Shown: positions 17,381 through 26,856 of the stretch, piece after piece
Numbering within the stretch: position 1 is the first letter of the stretch
Layout of the letters: each line of letters starts with the position of its first letter
Assembly (NCBI GenBank): GCA_038230375.1
Contig: JBBRNJ010000044.1
Location: 1-64,000, forward strand
From: Polyangiales bacterium
GTDB lineage: Bacteria > Myxococcota_A > Polyangia > Polyangiales > Polyangiaceae
Reading direction: 5' to 3'
Length of the DNA stretch: 64,000 nucleotides
The notes under the pieces: model-generated
What the model saw: only the letters and a program-made list of their open reading frames with translations
What the model was told of the DNA's origin: nothing
Database searches by the model: none
Made by a program: the position numbers and the translations under genes

Positions 17381-19243
17381 ATGAGTGCTCGCGGGACGTT
17401 CGACATCTGCTTCTACGTTGTGATCGATCCGGATGCGCGGCGCGCGCTGTGGGTGCGGCACACGGTGCGCAGAGGAAAGGACGAAACGGGCGAGGCCATG
17501 AGCTGGGCTGCTGCTTTCTCGGACGCAGGCCCGCCGCTCGCGCTGAAGTCGATCCACCCAGAGGACGCGGTGCCCTTCCCGTTTCCGGAGCAGATCACCC
17601 TTGGCGATACGACCTTCGAGAGCACGCGCGCCAGGGGAACGGTCGTCGCCGCCGGGCGCACCATCACCTGGGAGCTCGCGTTCGACGAGGCGCATGGAAC
17701 GGTGCAGCGCTCGCCGCGCGTGCTCTCGCGGTTGCCGCTGCCAGCGCACGCGGAGCACGTCCACGCGCGCACGAAGGTCGCCGGCTTCTGGGAGGTCGAC
17801 GGAGAACGCCACGTGCTGGGCCCTCGCGCGCGCATGGTGCAAGCGCGCATCGGCGGCACGTCGCAGCCGCAGGAGATCTTCTGGCTCTGGGCGCCGTCGT
17901 TCGATGAGCCGCGCGACGAGGGTGGACTGGAGCTGGTAGCGGCACGACCGCGCAGAGCGGCATGGGTGCCGCGCGTCGCGTCGCTTGTCCTCACGGCGGC
18001 GGGGCTCTCGATCGACGGCACCAGCGTCTCGCGCACCGCGCGCACACGCGTGAAGCTTGTCCGGCCCGGAGTGTTGGAGGTGCGCTCGCACGCGGGCAAG
18101 CGCCTGCTCGTGACGCGCGCCTATGCCGAGCCAGAGAGCTTCGTCGGGTACGTCTACCGTGGTCCCGACGGCAGCTGTGTGTATGTGGCCCAGAGCGACA
18201 TCGCGCGCTGCGAGGTCAACGTGTGGCGCCGACACGGGCTCAGCCTTTCGCTCGAGCGCGTGCTCTGCGCACACGCCTGCGCGATCGAGATTCACCAGCC
18301 CGAGCCGCTGCCCGGCTTCTCGTACATCCGCTGGGAGGATACCGGCCCTGCGGCGCGACCGAGCCGCTCACCGGCGCTCGCAGCGGCTGATGCCAGCGCG
18401 GTTCCGCTTCCCGCGATCGAGGACGTGCTGGCGGTGGGCCTCTCCTATGCGGACCATGTCCGCGAGACCGGCTCGCGGGCGCCGGAGTCGCCGATCGTCT
18501 TTCGCAAGCACCTCCGGTCCCTTCGCGTCGCACGCGCGGACGCATCGCCCATGGTGGTCACGCCCACGAGCGACGAAATGCTGGCTGCGCTCGAGTCGAT
18601 CGAGCCCGGCGTCGGCGCGCTCCTCCGCGAGCGATGGGACGTGCTCCCGCCGCTGATGGACTACGAGGTGGAGCTCGGGCTCGTGCTGCTCGAACCCGTG
18701 CGCGCGCAGGACCTCGCGAATTCGTCGTGCGCGCCGCGATTCGCATGGTTCCTGGCGAACGATCTCACCGCGCGCTCTTGTCAGATCCTGGGCGAAGAAC
18801 AGAAGGATCCCTACGCGTACTGGGCCGTGGCGAAGAGCTTTCCGGAGTTCCTGCCCGTGTCGTCCGTGGCGCTTCCAAGGGGCGAAGCCTCACTCGACAC
18901 GCTCCCCGACTTCGAGCTCTCGACGCGCGTGAACGGACAGCTGCGTCAGCAGGCGCGCACCACCAGCCTTGTCTACTCTCCGCGGCAGATGCTCGTCGCC
19001 GCCAGTCGATTTCTGGGCGGCGATCTGCCGGCCGGCCTCGCGCTGCTCACCGGGACGCCCGCGGGCGTCGGGCTCCACGTGCCCCGATGGAAGAAGGCGA
19101 TCGCAGACGTCGCGCTGGATCGCTTTGGCAAGCTGCGCGCGGCCATGAGCGCACACGCACGCGGCGGGACACTGCTCCATGCCGGCGACCAGGTCGTGTG
19201 CAGCGCCACGGGTCTGGGCGATCTGCGCGTGACCATCGGCTGA
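17381..19243 (+). CDS. Fusion: N-terminal tocopherol-cyclase/AttH-like beta-barrel + C-terminal fumarylacetoacetate hydrolase family domain
   Basis: C-terminal AVGLSYADH, PIVFRK, DYEVEL, ANDLTAR, AKSF, TGTPAGVG; N-terminal Trp-rich beta domain assigned by resemblance only. Confidence 0.7.
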   Translation: MSARGTFDICFYVVIDPDARRALWVRHTVRRGKDETGEAMSWAAAFSDAGPPLALKSIHPEDAVPFPFPEQITLGDTTFESTRARGTVVAAGRTITWELAFDEAHGTVQRSPRVLSRLPLPAHAEHVHARTKVAGFWEVDGERHVLGPRARMVQARIGGTSQPQEIFWLWAPSFDEPRDEGGLELVAARPRRAAWVPRVASLVLTAAGLSIDGTSVSRTARTRVKLVRPGVLEVRSHAGKRLLVTRAYAEPESFVGYVYRGPDGSCVYVAQSDIARCEVNVWRRHGLSLSLERVLCAHACAIEIHQPEPLPGFSYIRWEDTGPAARPSRSPALAAADASAVPLPAIEDVLAVGLSYADHVRETGSRAPESPIVFRKHLRSLRVARADASPMVVTPTSDEMLAALESIEPGVGALLRERWDVLPPLMDYEVELGLVLLEPVRAQDLANSSCAPRFAWFLANDLTARSCQILGEEQKDPYAYWAVAKSFPEFLPVSSVALPRGEASLDTLPDFELSTRVNGQLRQQARTTSLVYSPRQMLVAASRFLGGDLPAGLALLTGTPAGVGLHVPRWKKAIADVALDRFGKLRAAMSAHARGGTLLHAGDQVVCSATGLGDLRVTIG

Positions 19244-19274
19244 CGCGCAACCGCGATGAGATAGGATCCGCCCC

Positions 19275-20222
19275 ATGCTCACGCGTACGGTCTACTCGCT
19301 CTACTACCCGGAGACGCGCGCCGTGGTGGACCGCCTCTGGAGCGAGCATCACCACGAGTGGTACGAGCGCGCCTACGAGAAGCACCAGGACGCGATGCAC
19401 GTGGAGTTCCTGGAGACATGGCGCGCTTGGTCCGGGCTCGACCTGGGCGACGCATTTCCACACGCCTATCCCACCAGCGGCGCCTCCGAGCCCATCAAGG
19501 ACCTGTTGCTACCGCCGGGCGCGCTCCACACGTTTGCTGGCGACTACGAGGGCTACGGCATCCTCGCGCACGAGCGCGGCATGCAGGTCGTCACGCACGA
19601 GCGAAGCGTGCTTGCCGCGCGCGAGACCTTCGGTGAACACGATCAGTTCTGGGTGTCGTTCCCGTCCGCGATCGACGGCTGCATCTGGCCCGATCTGGAC
19701 GCGTTCCTGGACGAGATGCGCGCGCGTGCACCGGCCGTGCGCGTCTACCTGGACGTGACGTACGTGGGCGCAACGAAGACCCCGGTGAAGGTGGATGCGC
19801 GGCGACACACGAACGTGGCGGCCGTGGTCTTCAGCCTCTCCAAGCCCATGGGCGTCTACTACCACCGCATCGGAGGGTGCGTGAGCCGCACGCCCATGGG
19901 AACGCTGGTCGGGAACCTGTGGTTCAAGAACCTGTTCTCGCTCAAGCTGGGCACCGCGCTCATGAAGGAGCACGGCGTGACGGCGCTCCCCACGAAATAC
20001 GCGCCGATCCAGGCGCGCGTGCTGGAACTGCTGATCGCGAACGGCCGCGTGCCTGACGCCGCGCGCGCGTCGGACGTGGTGCTGCTTGCGCACGCGCCGC
20101 ACGGCGTGGCGAGCTCCGAGGAGTTCATGCGCGCAAAGGGCCACCACCGCTTCTGCCTCACCGAAGGCATGGACAAGATGATCAAGGGAGAGACGAATGC
20201 TCGAGACGATCACCGTTCTTAA
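19275..20222 (+). CDS. Compact PLP-dependent fold-type-I enzyme of unknown function
   Basis: YPTSGASE, YLDVTY (PLP Asp), FSLSKPMGVYYHRIG (Schiff-base Lys and Arg), C-terminal HRFCL. Confidence 0.7.
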   Translation: MLTRTVYSLYYPETRAVVDRLWSEHHHEWYERAYEKHQDAMHVEFLETWRAWSGLDLGDAFPHAYPTSGASEPIKDLLLPPGALHTFAGDYEGYGILAHERGMQVVTHERSVLAARETFGEHDQFWVSFPSAIDGCIWPDLDAFLDEMRARAPAVRVYLDVTYVGATKTPVKVDARRHTNVAAVVFSLSKPMGVYYHRIGGCVSRTPMGTLVGNLWFKNLFSLKLGTALMKEHGVTALPTKYAPIQARVLELLIANGRVPDAARASDVVLLAHAPHGVASSEEFMRAKGHHRFCLTEGMDKMIKGETNARDDHRS

Positions 20223-20964
20223 GGTCTCAGCGCTGGACCTGCTGGTCACGGAAGAGTTCCGCTCGTCCCCGTGGGTCAAGACCATCACCGACGGCCTCAC
20301 CATGTGGGTCACCGACGACCCGATGCCCCCAGGCCACTTCGGCACGTACTTCGGCGCGCTCACGCGACGCAGCTATCCGAACCGCTGGGTGCAAGATCTC
20401 TATCACCTGCACGAGTGCGTCCACACGCGCGTCACCCGCTTCCAGCCAACCGCCACATGGACGGAGTGGTCACGCAAGATGATCCAGGCGGAGTTCGAGG
20501 CGTCGATCGCCTCCGAGTGCACCGCCTACCTCCAGATCCCCGGCCTGCGCGAGAAGACGTTCCCGCACGAGATCTGGGTCGACCGCTTCCTTGGCAAGAA
20601 GGACCTCGCTGCGGAGCCCATGTTGCAGCACATTCGCGACGAGCGTGTGCGCGCGCTCAATGCTCCGCGCTTCGACGATTTCCTGGAGCATCAGATCTGG
20701 AACTACTGCCGCCAGAACATCATCTGGTGCCGCATCTGGACGCAGAACGTGGGCTACGGCCTGCACGCGCAGCTGCCTGCGTTTCGCGTGGTGGAAGCGC
20801 ACATGGCCAAAAGCGACCGCGATGCCTCACACGAGCAATGGCTCGCAGCGGTCACCCCCACCGAGGGCTACGTGCGCGTCCCGTTCCTTCATCAGGCAGA
20901 CGCTTTCGCGCCCGTCTACAAGCGCTCCGGCGAAGACTTCGGAAACTCCGTCCTCGCAAGATAG
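20197..20964 (+). CDS. Hypothetical HExxH metalloprotein
   Basis: DLYHLHECVH followed about 23 aa later by EFEASIASE; overlaps the upstream gene by 26 nt; GGGAGAG RBS. Confidence 0.7.
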   Translation: MLETITVLKVSALDLLVTEEFRSSPWVKTITDGLTMWVTDDPMPPGHFGTYFGALTRRSYPNRWVQDLYHLHECVHTRVTRFQPTATWTEWSRKMIQAEFEASIASECTAYLQIPGLREKTFPHEIWVDRFLGKKDLAAEPMLQHIRDERVRALNAPRFDDFLEHQIWNYCRQNIIWCRIWTQNVGYGLHAQLPAFRVVEAHMAKSDRDASHEQWLAAVTPTEGYVRVPFLHQADAFAPVYKRSGEDFGNSVLAR

Positions 20965-20983
20965 GTGGCCGGGCCCGCCTGTT

Positions 20984-22210
20984 CTACTTCGTGCCGGGCT
21001 GCGGGCAGCCGTACTCGATGTCCACGCCGCTCACCTTGCCTGCCTTCAGGTCGCTGCACATCGCTCCGTAGAACGTGACGGTGTTCGACGCGGAGTCGTA
21101 GTCCCAGCCAGTAGCGTGCGTGGAATCCTTGGCCACGCGGACGGTGCCGTTCACGAACACGTAGAGCTTGCTCGGGTCGGGCGGCGCGGTGCCTAGCTTG
21201 AACACGCAGCCGATCGCCTTCTGCGCGATGTCCTGGAACGCAGCGGTCAGAGCTGCTTGATCGGTCGCCAGATAGAACTGTGATGCGCCTGCGTCCTGCG
21301 GGGCCGTTCCGCCCTCCACCGCCACCGCGCCGAGGAACACCGGATCCGCGCCGGAGCCGAAGCCCACCGCGAACGTGGGCACGCCGGCTTCCACATACAG
21401 ATCGTGAACCGCGTGGATGGCGCCAGCCGCGCCGCCTCCCAGATTGCATCCGGCCTGCTGACCGTCGGTCACGAGAAGGACGAAGTCGCCGCGGGTCTTG
21501 TCCGCAAGGCCCGGATCGGTCGCGGCCTGCTCGAGCGCCGTGTCGATGTTCGTCACGCACGGCCCGTTCGGAAAGAGCCCCGCATCCGGGAAGCGCGCCG
21601 CGTTCAGCATGGTCTGGATGCCCAGCTCGTGGCCGGGTCCCACGGGAAACGGAAAGTCGTCCTGCGCGCACTTGTTGCCGCTGAGATCGGGGAACAGGAT
21701 CAGGCCGAAGCGGATCTTGTCCTTGTAGTCGGTCGTCAACGTGTCGATGGCGCTGACGGCGACCTCCCACTTGGTGGCGGTCCCGCCATCGGCGAGATTC
21801 ACCTTCTCCGTCATGGAGCAAGAGCGGTCGAGCGTGACGAGCAGGTTGGGCGGGACGATCTGCGCGGCCACCTTGGTCGCGCCGCAGTTGCCGCCGGGCA
21901 CGCAGGTGTTCGTGCCGGAGTCGCCGTTGTCGCAGACGGTGCCGTCGGTGCAGTCGCCGTTCGCGACGCACGTGCCCTTGGGAATGCACTTGCTCGTGAC
22001 GCTACAGAGCTGCGCGCTCGTGCAGGCCGGGCTGCACATGGGACCGCCATCGCCACCGCCGAGCCGGGGGCCTCCATCGTCGACCGCCGCGGCCTCGTCG
22101 CCGGCGTCGTCGCCACCGTTGCCGAACAGGCTGTTGTCGCTCGAGCCGCACGCGTAGAGGGCAGCGCACGAGCCGAGAAGCAACGCAACCACGAGCAACC
22201 GCGTCCGCAT
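20984..22210 (-). CDS. vWA-domain lipoprotein with Cys-rich repeats (CglB-like architecture)
   Basis: Lipobox LYAC; Cys-rich segment; MIDAS DRSCSM, LVTDG, AVGFG. Confidence 0.85.
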   Translation of the reverse strand: MRTRLLVVALLLGSCAALYACGSSDNSLFGNGGDDAGDEAAAVDDGGPRLGGGDGGPMCSPACTSAQLCSVTSKCIPKGTCVANGDCTDGTVCDNGDSGTNTCVPGGNCGATKVAAQIVPPNLLVTLDRSCSMTEKVNLADGGTATKWEVAVSAIDTLTTDYKDKIRFGLILFPDLSGNKCAQDDFPFPVGPGHELGIQTMLNAARFPDAGLFPNGPCVTNIDTALEQAATDPGLADKTRGDFVLLVTDGQQAGCNLGGGAAGAIHAVHDLYVEAGVPTFAVGFGSGADPVFLGAVAVEGGTAPQDAGASQFYLATDQAALTAAFQDIAQKAIGCVFKLGTAPPDPSKLYVFVNGTVRVAKDSTHATGWDYDSASNTVTFYGAMCSDLKAGKVSGVDIEYGCPQPGTK

Positions 22211-22326
22211 GAGGGTGGCCTCCAACCACAAGAGTAGCACAGCCGTTTCGCAGGGCCGGCGCAGGGGAGCGCTGATCGCTTCCCGCGTTGCACCATCACC
22301 GCGCTTTCTGCGCTAGAACGGCGCGC

Positions 22327-22605
22327 ATGAAGCGCGAGAAGACCCTGACGAAGCGTGAGCGCAAGGCACTGACCGGCTCCGGGCCCGCCGGCAAGACGCG
22401 GGAGCCGCAGCACATTCATTGCGTCGCGTGTGGCCGTCACCTGGACCCGGCGGAGTTCAACGAGCCAAGCACCGCGACGCGCGTGACGTGCGAGCACAAG
22501 TCGCAGTTCGCCTCGTGCAACGGCTGCGTCGCGAAGACAAGGGAGCTGCTCGCAGAGCACGATCGCACCGGACAGCCCGTAAAGACCGCCAACGCGTGGC
22601 ACTAG
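22327..22605 (+). CDS. Small putative zinc-binding protein
   Basis: HIHCVAC...CEH...CNGC...H; basic N-terminus. Confidence 0.65.
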   Translation: MKREKTLTKRERKALTGSGPAGKTREPQHIHCVACGRHLDPAEFNEPSTATRVTCEHKSQFASCNGCVAKTRELLAEHDRTGQPVKTANAWH

Positions 22606-22627
22606 ACAGCAACGCGCGCGGGGCTCT

Positions 22628-23299
22628 TCACAGGAGGCCCGTAGGGTCTATGCGCGCGCGGAGCTGCTTCTCCACTGCGCAGCCCACAACGGGGAGCGGC
22701 TCGACCACCTCGGTCTGTGCGCGCGCCATGATCTCGAGGTCCCGCGGGTCCGCGCCTTGCTTCGTCCGCGTGTAGCCACCCACGTAGCGCACGTCCTTCC
22801 CCTGCCCCACCACCACGAGCATCGGCGCCGACCTCACATGGAAGCGCGTGCCCAGCTCTTCCTCCGTCACCGACACCACGCCAAAGCCGCGCGAGCGAAA
22901 GCGATCCGCCAGTGGCTCGTCCTTGCCGATCAAGAGCACGGTCTCCTGGAACCCCACCGGGCGCGTGGAGCCAACCAGGTGCGCGGCGATCTTCTGCGAG
23001 CAGCGGCAATCAGTGTACAATACATGCACCGCGAGCGGGTGGGCCGGATCGTCCTTCAGCGCCGCCAGGCTCGCGGCAAGGACCGGATCCGCCGGCGGAG
23101 GCAGCGGCAGCGCGAGCTCGTGTCGCCCCATCATGATCGCGCCTAGCAAGAGCATGGCCGCACCCCATGCGACCAGGATCGCACCACCGGCCTTGCCAGA
23201 TGGCGCTGACGCTGGGATCGCGTCGGGCCCGTGCGCCACGGGACCCACTGAATCGCGGTCTTCGCAGGAGGGATCACGCCCGTCATTCGGCAACGCCAT
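22628..23299 (-). CDS. Membrane-anchored thioredoxin-like protein (CxC)
   Basis: TM helix, HVLYTDCRCS, SAPMLVVV...RYVGGY, VVGC. Confidence 0.55.
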   Translation of the reverse strand: MALPNDGRDPSCEDRDSVGPVAHGPDAIPASAPSGKAGGAILVAWGAAMLLLGAIMMGRHELALPLPPPADPVLAASLAALKDDPAHPLAVHVLYTDCRCSQKIAAHLVGSTRPVGFQETVLLIGKDEPLADRFRSRGFGVVSVTEEELGTRFHVRSAPMLVVVGQGKDVRYVGGYTRTKQGADPRDLEIMARAQTEVVEPLPVVGCAVEKQLRARIDPTGLL

Positions 23300-23406
23300 G
23301 AATGAAAGAACGGCCACTCGCGGCGATTCTTGAGGTGGGTGACACGAGGCGTGCGCAGGGACGGACGTGCTGACCGAGCACCAGCTCCTGGAGCTGATGT
23401 TGAAGG

Positions 23407-24077
23407 TCAAGGCGCACCCCCAGGCGCCGCCCTGAGCGGAGGCGACGTGTTCTGAGGTCTGTTCGCGAGACATCGCTCCGGCGCGCTGCGAAGGTCCTCC
23501 GCGCCCTTCGGGAGAGTGGGCCGCGCGTAGTCCTGCCTGAGGCGACCCACCGTGTTCTCGAAAGGCACTCCGCCGCCCTGACCACCGAACCACATGCGCG
23601 AGTCGTGCGCGTTCTCGCGGTTGTCGCCCATGACGAAGTACTCGCCGCGCTTCACGATGTAGGGGCCCTGCACGTCGACCGTGAAGCCGCCCGCGTCGTG
23701 GAAGACCAGGTAGGCCGCGTCGTCCAGGAACTCCACCTCGAGCTCGCCCTTGTGTTTGACGTGCGCGTAGTCGGACTCGTCCGTGTAGCCGGCCTTCCCC
23801 AGCGGGCAGTGCGGGACCTCCCAGCCGTTCACGAAGAGGCGCTGCTTCTCCACGGTCACGACGTCGCCGCTCAACGCGACGACCCGCTTGATGAAGAGCT
23901 GCTTCGGCTGCTCCGGATACTTGAAGACCATGACTGCGCCGCGTGCGGGTGTCGTGTCCGTTCCATTCGCCACCACATGGTCACCCACGGCCACGCCTGG
24001 CCACGACCGCGCACGAGCCACGGCTTCTTCGCCGGCCCGCTTGGCTTTCGCAGCGGCTCCGTGCTCTCGTCGCCCAT
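23407..24077 (-). pseudogene. lepB: Signal peptidase I (LepB-like), internally deleted and frameshifted
   Basis: Retains FIKRVV, GDNRENAHDSR and WPGVAVGD but lacks the TM and catalytic Ser-Met box; N-terminus MGDEST...PWLVR (ATG 24077) is in another frame. Confidence 0.65.
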
Positions 24078-24142
24078 GCCGCGAGCATACCCGTTCCCGC
24101 CGCTTGACCCCTCTCCCGCGGCAAGGCTAGTTTGACCAGACA

Positions 24143-25283
24143 ATGCTTGCAGAATCCCGCGACAAACTCGCAGACCTCCAAAGGCGTCTCACGGCGCTAA
24201 GGGGGCATCTTTGACGTCCCCAAGCTGAAACGGGACATCGAGGCGCTCAACGAATCAACGTTGGCGCCGGGATTCTGGGACGACGCGAAGAAGGCGCAGA
24301 CCGTCACGCGCAAGCGCTCCGGCATCGAGCAGAAGCTCGACATGGTGGAGAAGCTCACGCGCGATCTGGAAGACGCGGCCGGGCTGCTCGAGCTGGGCGT
24401 CGAAGAGAAGGACGAGGCGACCATCAACGAGGTGGGCGGACAGCTGCCTGCACTGGAGACGCGCGTCCGCGCCGCGGAGCTGTCGCGCATGCTCTCCGGG
24501 CAGATGGATCACGCGAACGCGATCGTCAGCATCCACCCCGGCACCGGCGGCACCGACGCGAAGGACTGGGCGCAGATGCTCATGCGGATGTACCTGCGCT
24601 GGTGCGAGCGCCGCGGCTACAAGACCGAGATCGTCGACTTCGCGGAGGGCCTCGAGGCCGGCATCGACGGCGTGTCGTTCACGGTGACGGGGACGAACGC
24701 GTTCGGCTACCTGCGCGCCGAGAACGGCGTCCATCGCCTGGTGCGCATCTCCCCATTCGACGGCAACGCACGCAGGCAGACCGCGTTTGCTGCGGTCGAG
24801 ATCACAGCCGACATCGACGACGAGATAGACATCGTCGTGAAGGACGAGGACCTCGAGACCACGACGATGCGCGCCGGCGGCAAGGGCGGCCAGAACGTCA
24901 ACAAGGTCGAAACGGCGGTGCTCATGAAGCACATCCCGAGCGGCATCGTCATTGTCTGCCGCGCCGAGCGCTCGCAGCTCCAGAACCGGCGCACGGCCCT
25001 GAAGATGGTCAAGGCCAAGCTCTACGAGATGGAGATCGCAAAGCGTGAAGAGCAGGCCGCCGCGTACCAGGCCGGGAAGAGCCAGATCGCGTGGGGCAGC
25101 CAGATCCGCAGCTACGTCCTCGCGCCTTATCGTCTGGTGAAGGATGTCCGCACCTCGCACGAGACCGGCAACGTGGACGCCGTGCTCGACGGCGCGCTCG
25201 ACGACTTCATCGAGGCCTACCTTCTCGCGGCAGCCGGCGGCACCCTCAAGAAGGGCGGCGTCGCGGAAGAGGTGGAGGCGTAG
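24143..25283 (+). CDS. prfB: Peptide chain release factor 2 with programmed +1 frameshift
   Basis: ATG 24143; AGGGGG-CAT-CTT-TGA-C at 24200-24215; SPF and GGQ motifs in the +1 frame. Confidence 0.97.
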
Positions 25284-26543
25284 TTGCAGCGCGGGGGCGC
25301 GATCGCGTTGCTCGCCGGCGTGCTCGTCGCAGCAGCGTTGCCCGCGCACGCAGAGACGCGCCCAACCGCTGCCGACGTCACGCAGAAGAGCCCGGCGCCG
25401 GCGCGCCTCCTGCGATCGCTTGCGCGCGATCCCTCCGCCTACGATCCGAAGAGGACATCGGTGGCCACGGACCTCTTGCTTGGCGATCTGGTGTTCCATT
25501 CGCCGCTCGCGCTGGGCGCGAAGGCACGCGAGCTTGGGCTGTCCTGTAATGGCTGCCACCAGAACGGCGCCGCGCACACCGCGCTGTCGCTCGGGGATCT
25601 ATCGAACCGCCCCGGCAACGTGGATCTGACGACCGGCTTCTTTCGCGCGGGCGCCAACAACCACGCCGCCGACTTCCTCTCCATCCCGTCGCTCCGTGGC
25701 GCGCGCTACACGGCGCCGTACGGATACGCAGCCGAGAGCGCGTCGCTTGGCGAGGCCGTGGATCATCACGCGGTCGCGAGCTTCGGCGGGGCACCGCTTC
25801 CACGCGCGCAGCTCACCGCGCTCGTCCGTTACGTGCAGGACCTGGATTTCGTGCCGAACGCGAACCTGGATGCGCATGGTCGCATCACCGCGCGTGGCGG
25901 CGAGTCGGCGCGCAGAGGAGAGACGTACTTCGAGAGGCCGCGCGCGCAGTTCGGCGGAATGAGCTGCGCCAGCTGCCACCCTGCATCAGCCATGTTCACG
26001 GGCGGGCGCACGTACCGCGTGGGTTCGGGCCCCAGCACACAGGCGGGCGCGCTGGACGATGCGTTCGACACCCCCACGCTCCTCGGTACAGCGGAGACCG
26101 CGCCGTACTTCCACGACGGCCGCTTTGCGACGCTGACGGAGGTCGTGACCTTCTTCGATCAGAGCTACGGCCTTGGCCTTGGTACGGACGAGAAGCGGGA
26201 CCTCGTGGCCTACGTGGAGGCCGTCGGCGCGGTGGACCAGAAGACCGACGCGCGGACCATGCCGCAAAAGATGCAAGATACATTCATCTACCTGGAGCTA
26301 CTGCTCGCGGGAGACGCGATGGACGAGCGCAGCGTGTGGAGCATGGCGCTGGACGCGTGCATCACGGAGCTGGCGCGGCAGCAGCAGCGCCCGGCCCGCG
26401 TGGCCGATCGCGCGATCGTGGACGAGGCGCAGCTGAAGGCGCTCTCGCAGCGGGTGCGGAGCGGCGCCACGCTGGCGAGCATGCGGTCTGACGTTGCGGA
26501 TCTGTCGAAGGACCTGTACCGCCTGGCCGCAGACTGGAACTGA
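25284..26543 (+). CDS. Di-heme cytochrome c peroxidase/MauG-like protein
   Basis: Signal peptide; CNGCH and CASCH; PSLRG..TAPY and TPTLLG..TAPYFHDG. Confidence 0.75.
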   Translation: MQRGGAIALLAGVLVAAALPAHAETRPTAADVTQKSPAPARLLRSLARDPSAYDPKRTSVATDLLLGDLVFHSPLALGAKARELGLSCNGCHQNGAAHTALSLGDLSNRPGNVDLTTGFFRAGANNHAADFLSIPSLRGARYTAPYGYAAESASLGEAVDHHAVASFGGAPLPRAQLTALVRYVQDLDFVPNANLDAHGRITARGGESARRGETYFERPRAQFGGMSCASCHPASAMFTGGRTYRVGSGPSTQAGALDDAFDTPTLLGTAETAPYFHDGRFATLTEVVTFFDQSYGLGLGTDEKRDLVAYVEAVGAVDQKTDARTMPQKMQDTFIYLELLLAGDAMDERSVWSMALDACITELARQQQRPARVADRAIVDEAQLKALSQRVRSGATLASMRSDVADLSKDLYRLAADWN

Positions 26544-26545
26544 GG

Positions 26546-26580
26546 TTGACGCTCCAACGTGTACACTTCATAGTGTACAC
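26546..26580 (+). promoter_or_regulatory. TA promoter/operator: TTGACG-N17-CATAGT with two GTGTACAC palindromes
   Basis: -35 at 26546, -10 at 26569; GTGTACAC at 26559 and 26573; ATG follows at 26581. Confidence 0.75.
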
Positions 26581-26856
26581 ATGAGCGTGAAGGCACCTTC
26601 GAAGTCCGCGTTCTCCACGGCGCGCGCGGCCCGTGTCGGCGTCCGCGCATTCCGTGGCAATCTGGCGAAGTATCTGAAAGAGGCGAAGGCGGGTAGGCCG
26701 ATCATCGTCCAGGAACGCGGTCGCAGCGCCTACGTGCTCCTGAAGTTCGAGGAAGCCCCGATGCCAGCTTTCGGCTGCATGCGCGAGCGCACCGAGTACA
26801 GCGCTGGAGCGGTGGTCAACGCGGACGAGCCGTGGCCACCCGGCAAGATGCCGTGA
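26581..26856 (+). CDS. Phd/YefM-family antitoxin
   Basis: VGVRAFRGNLAKYLKEAKAGRPIIVQERGR; GTGA overlap with the toxin. Confidence 0.85.
   Translation: MSVKAPSKSAFSTARAARVGVRAFRGNLAKYLKEAKAGRPIIVQERGRSAYVLLKFEEAPMPAFGCMRERTEYSAGAVVNADEPWPPGKMP

Noticed and set aside
9659..22210. TerY-P-like triad (kinase, phosphatase, vWA, TerB)
   Set aside because: Genes are scattered on different strands, the phosphatase is not PP2C, and the vWA protein is an exported lipoprotein
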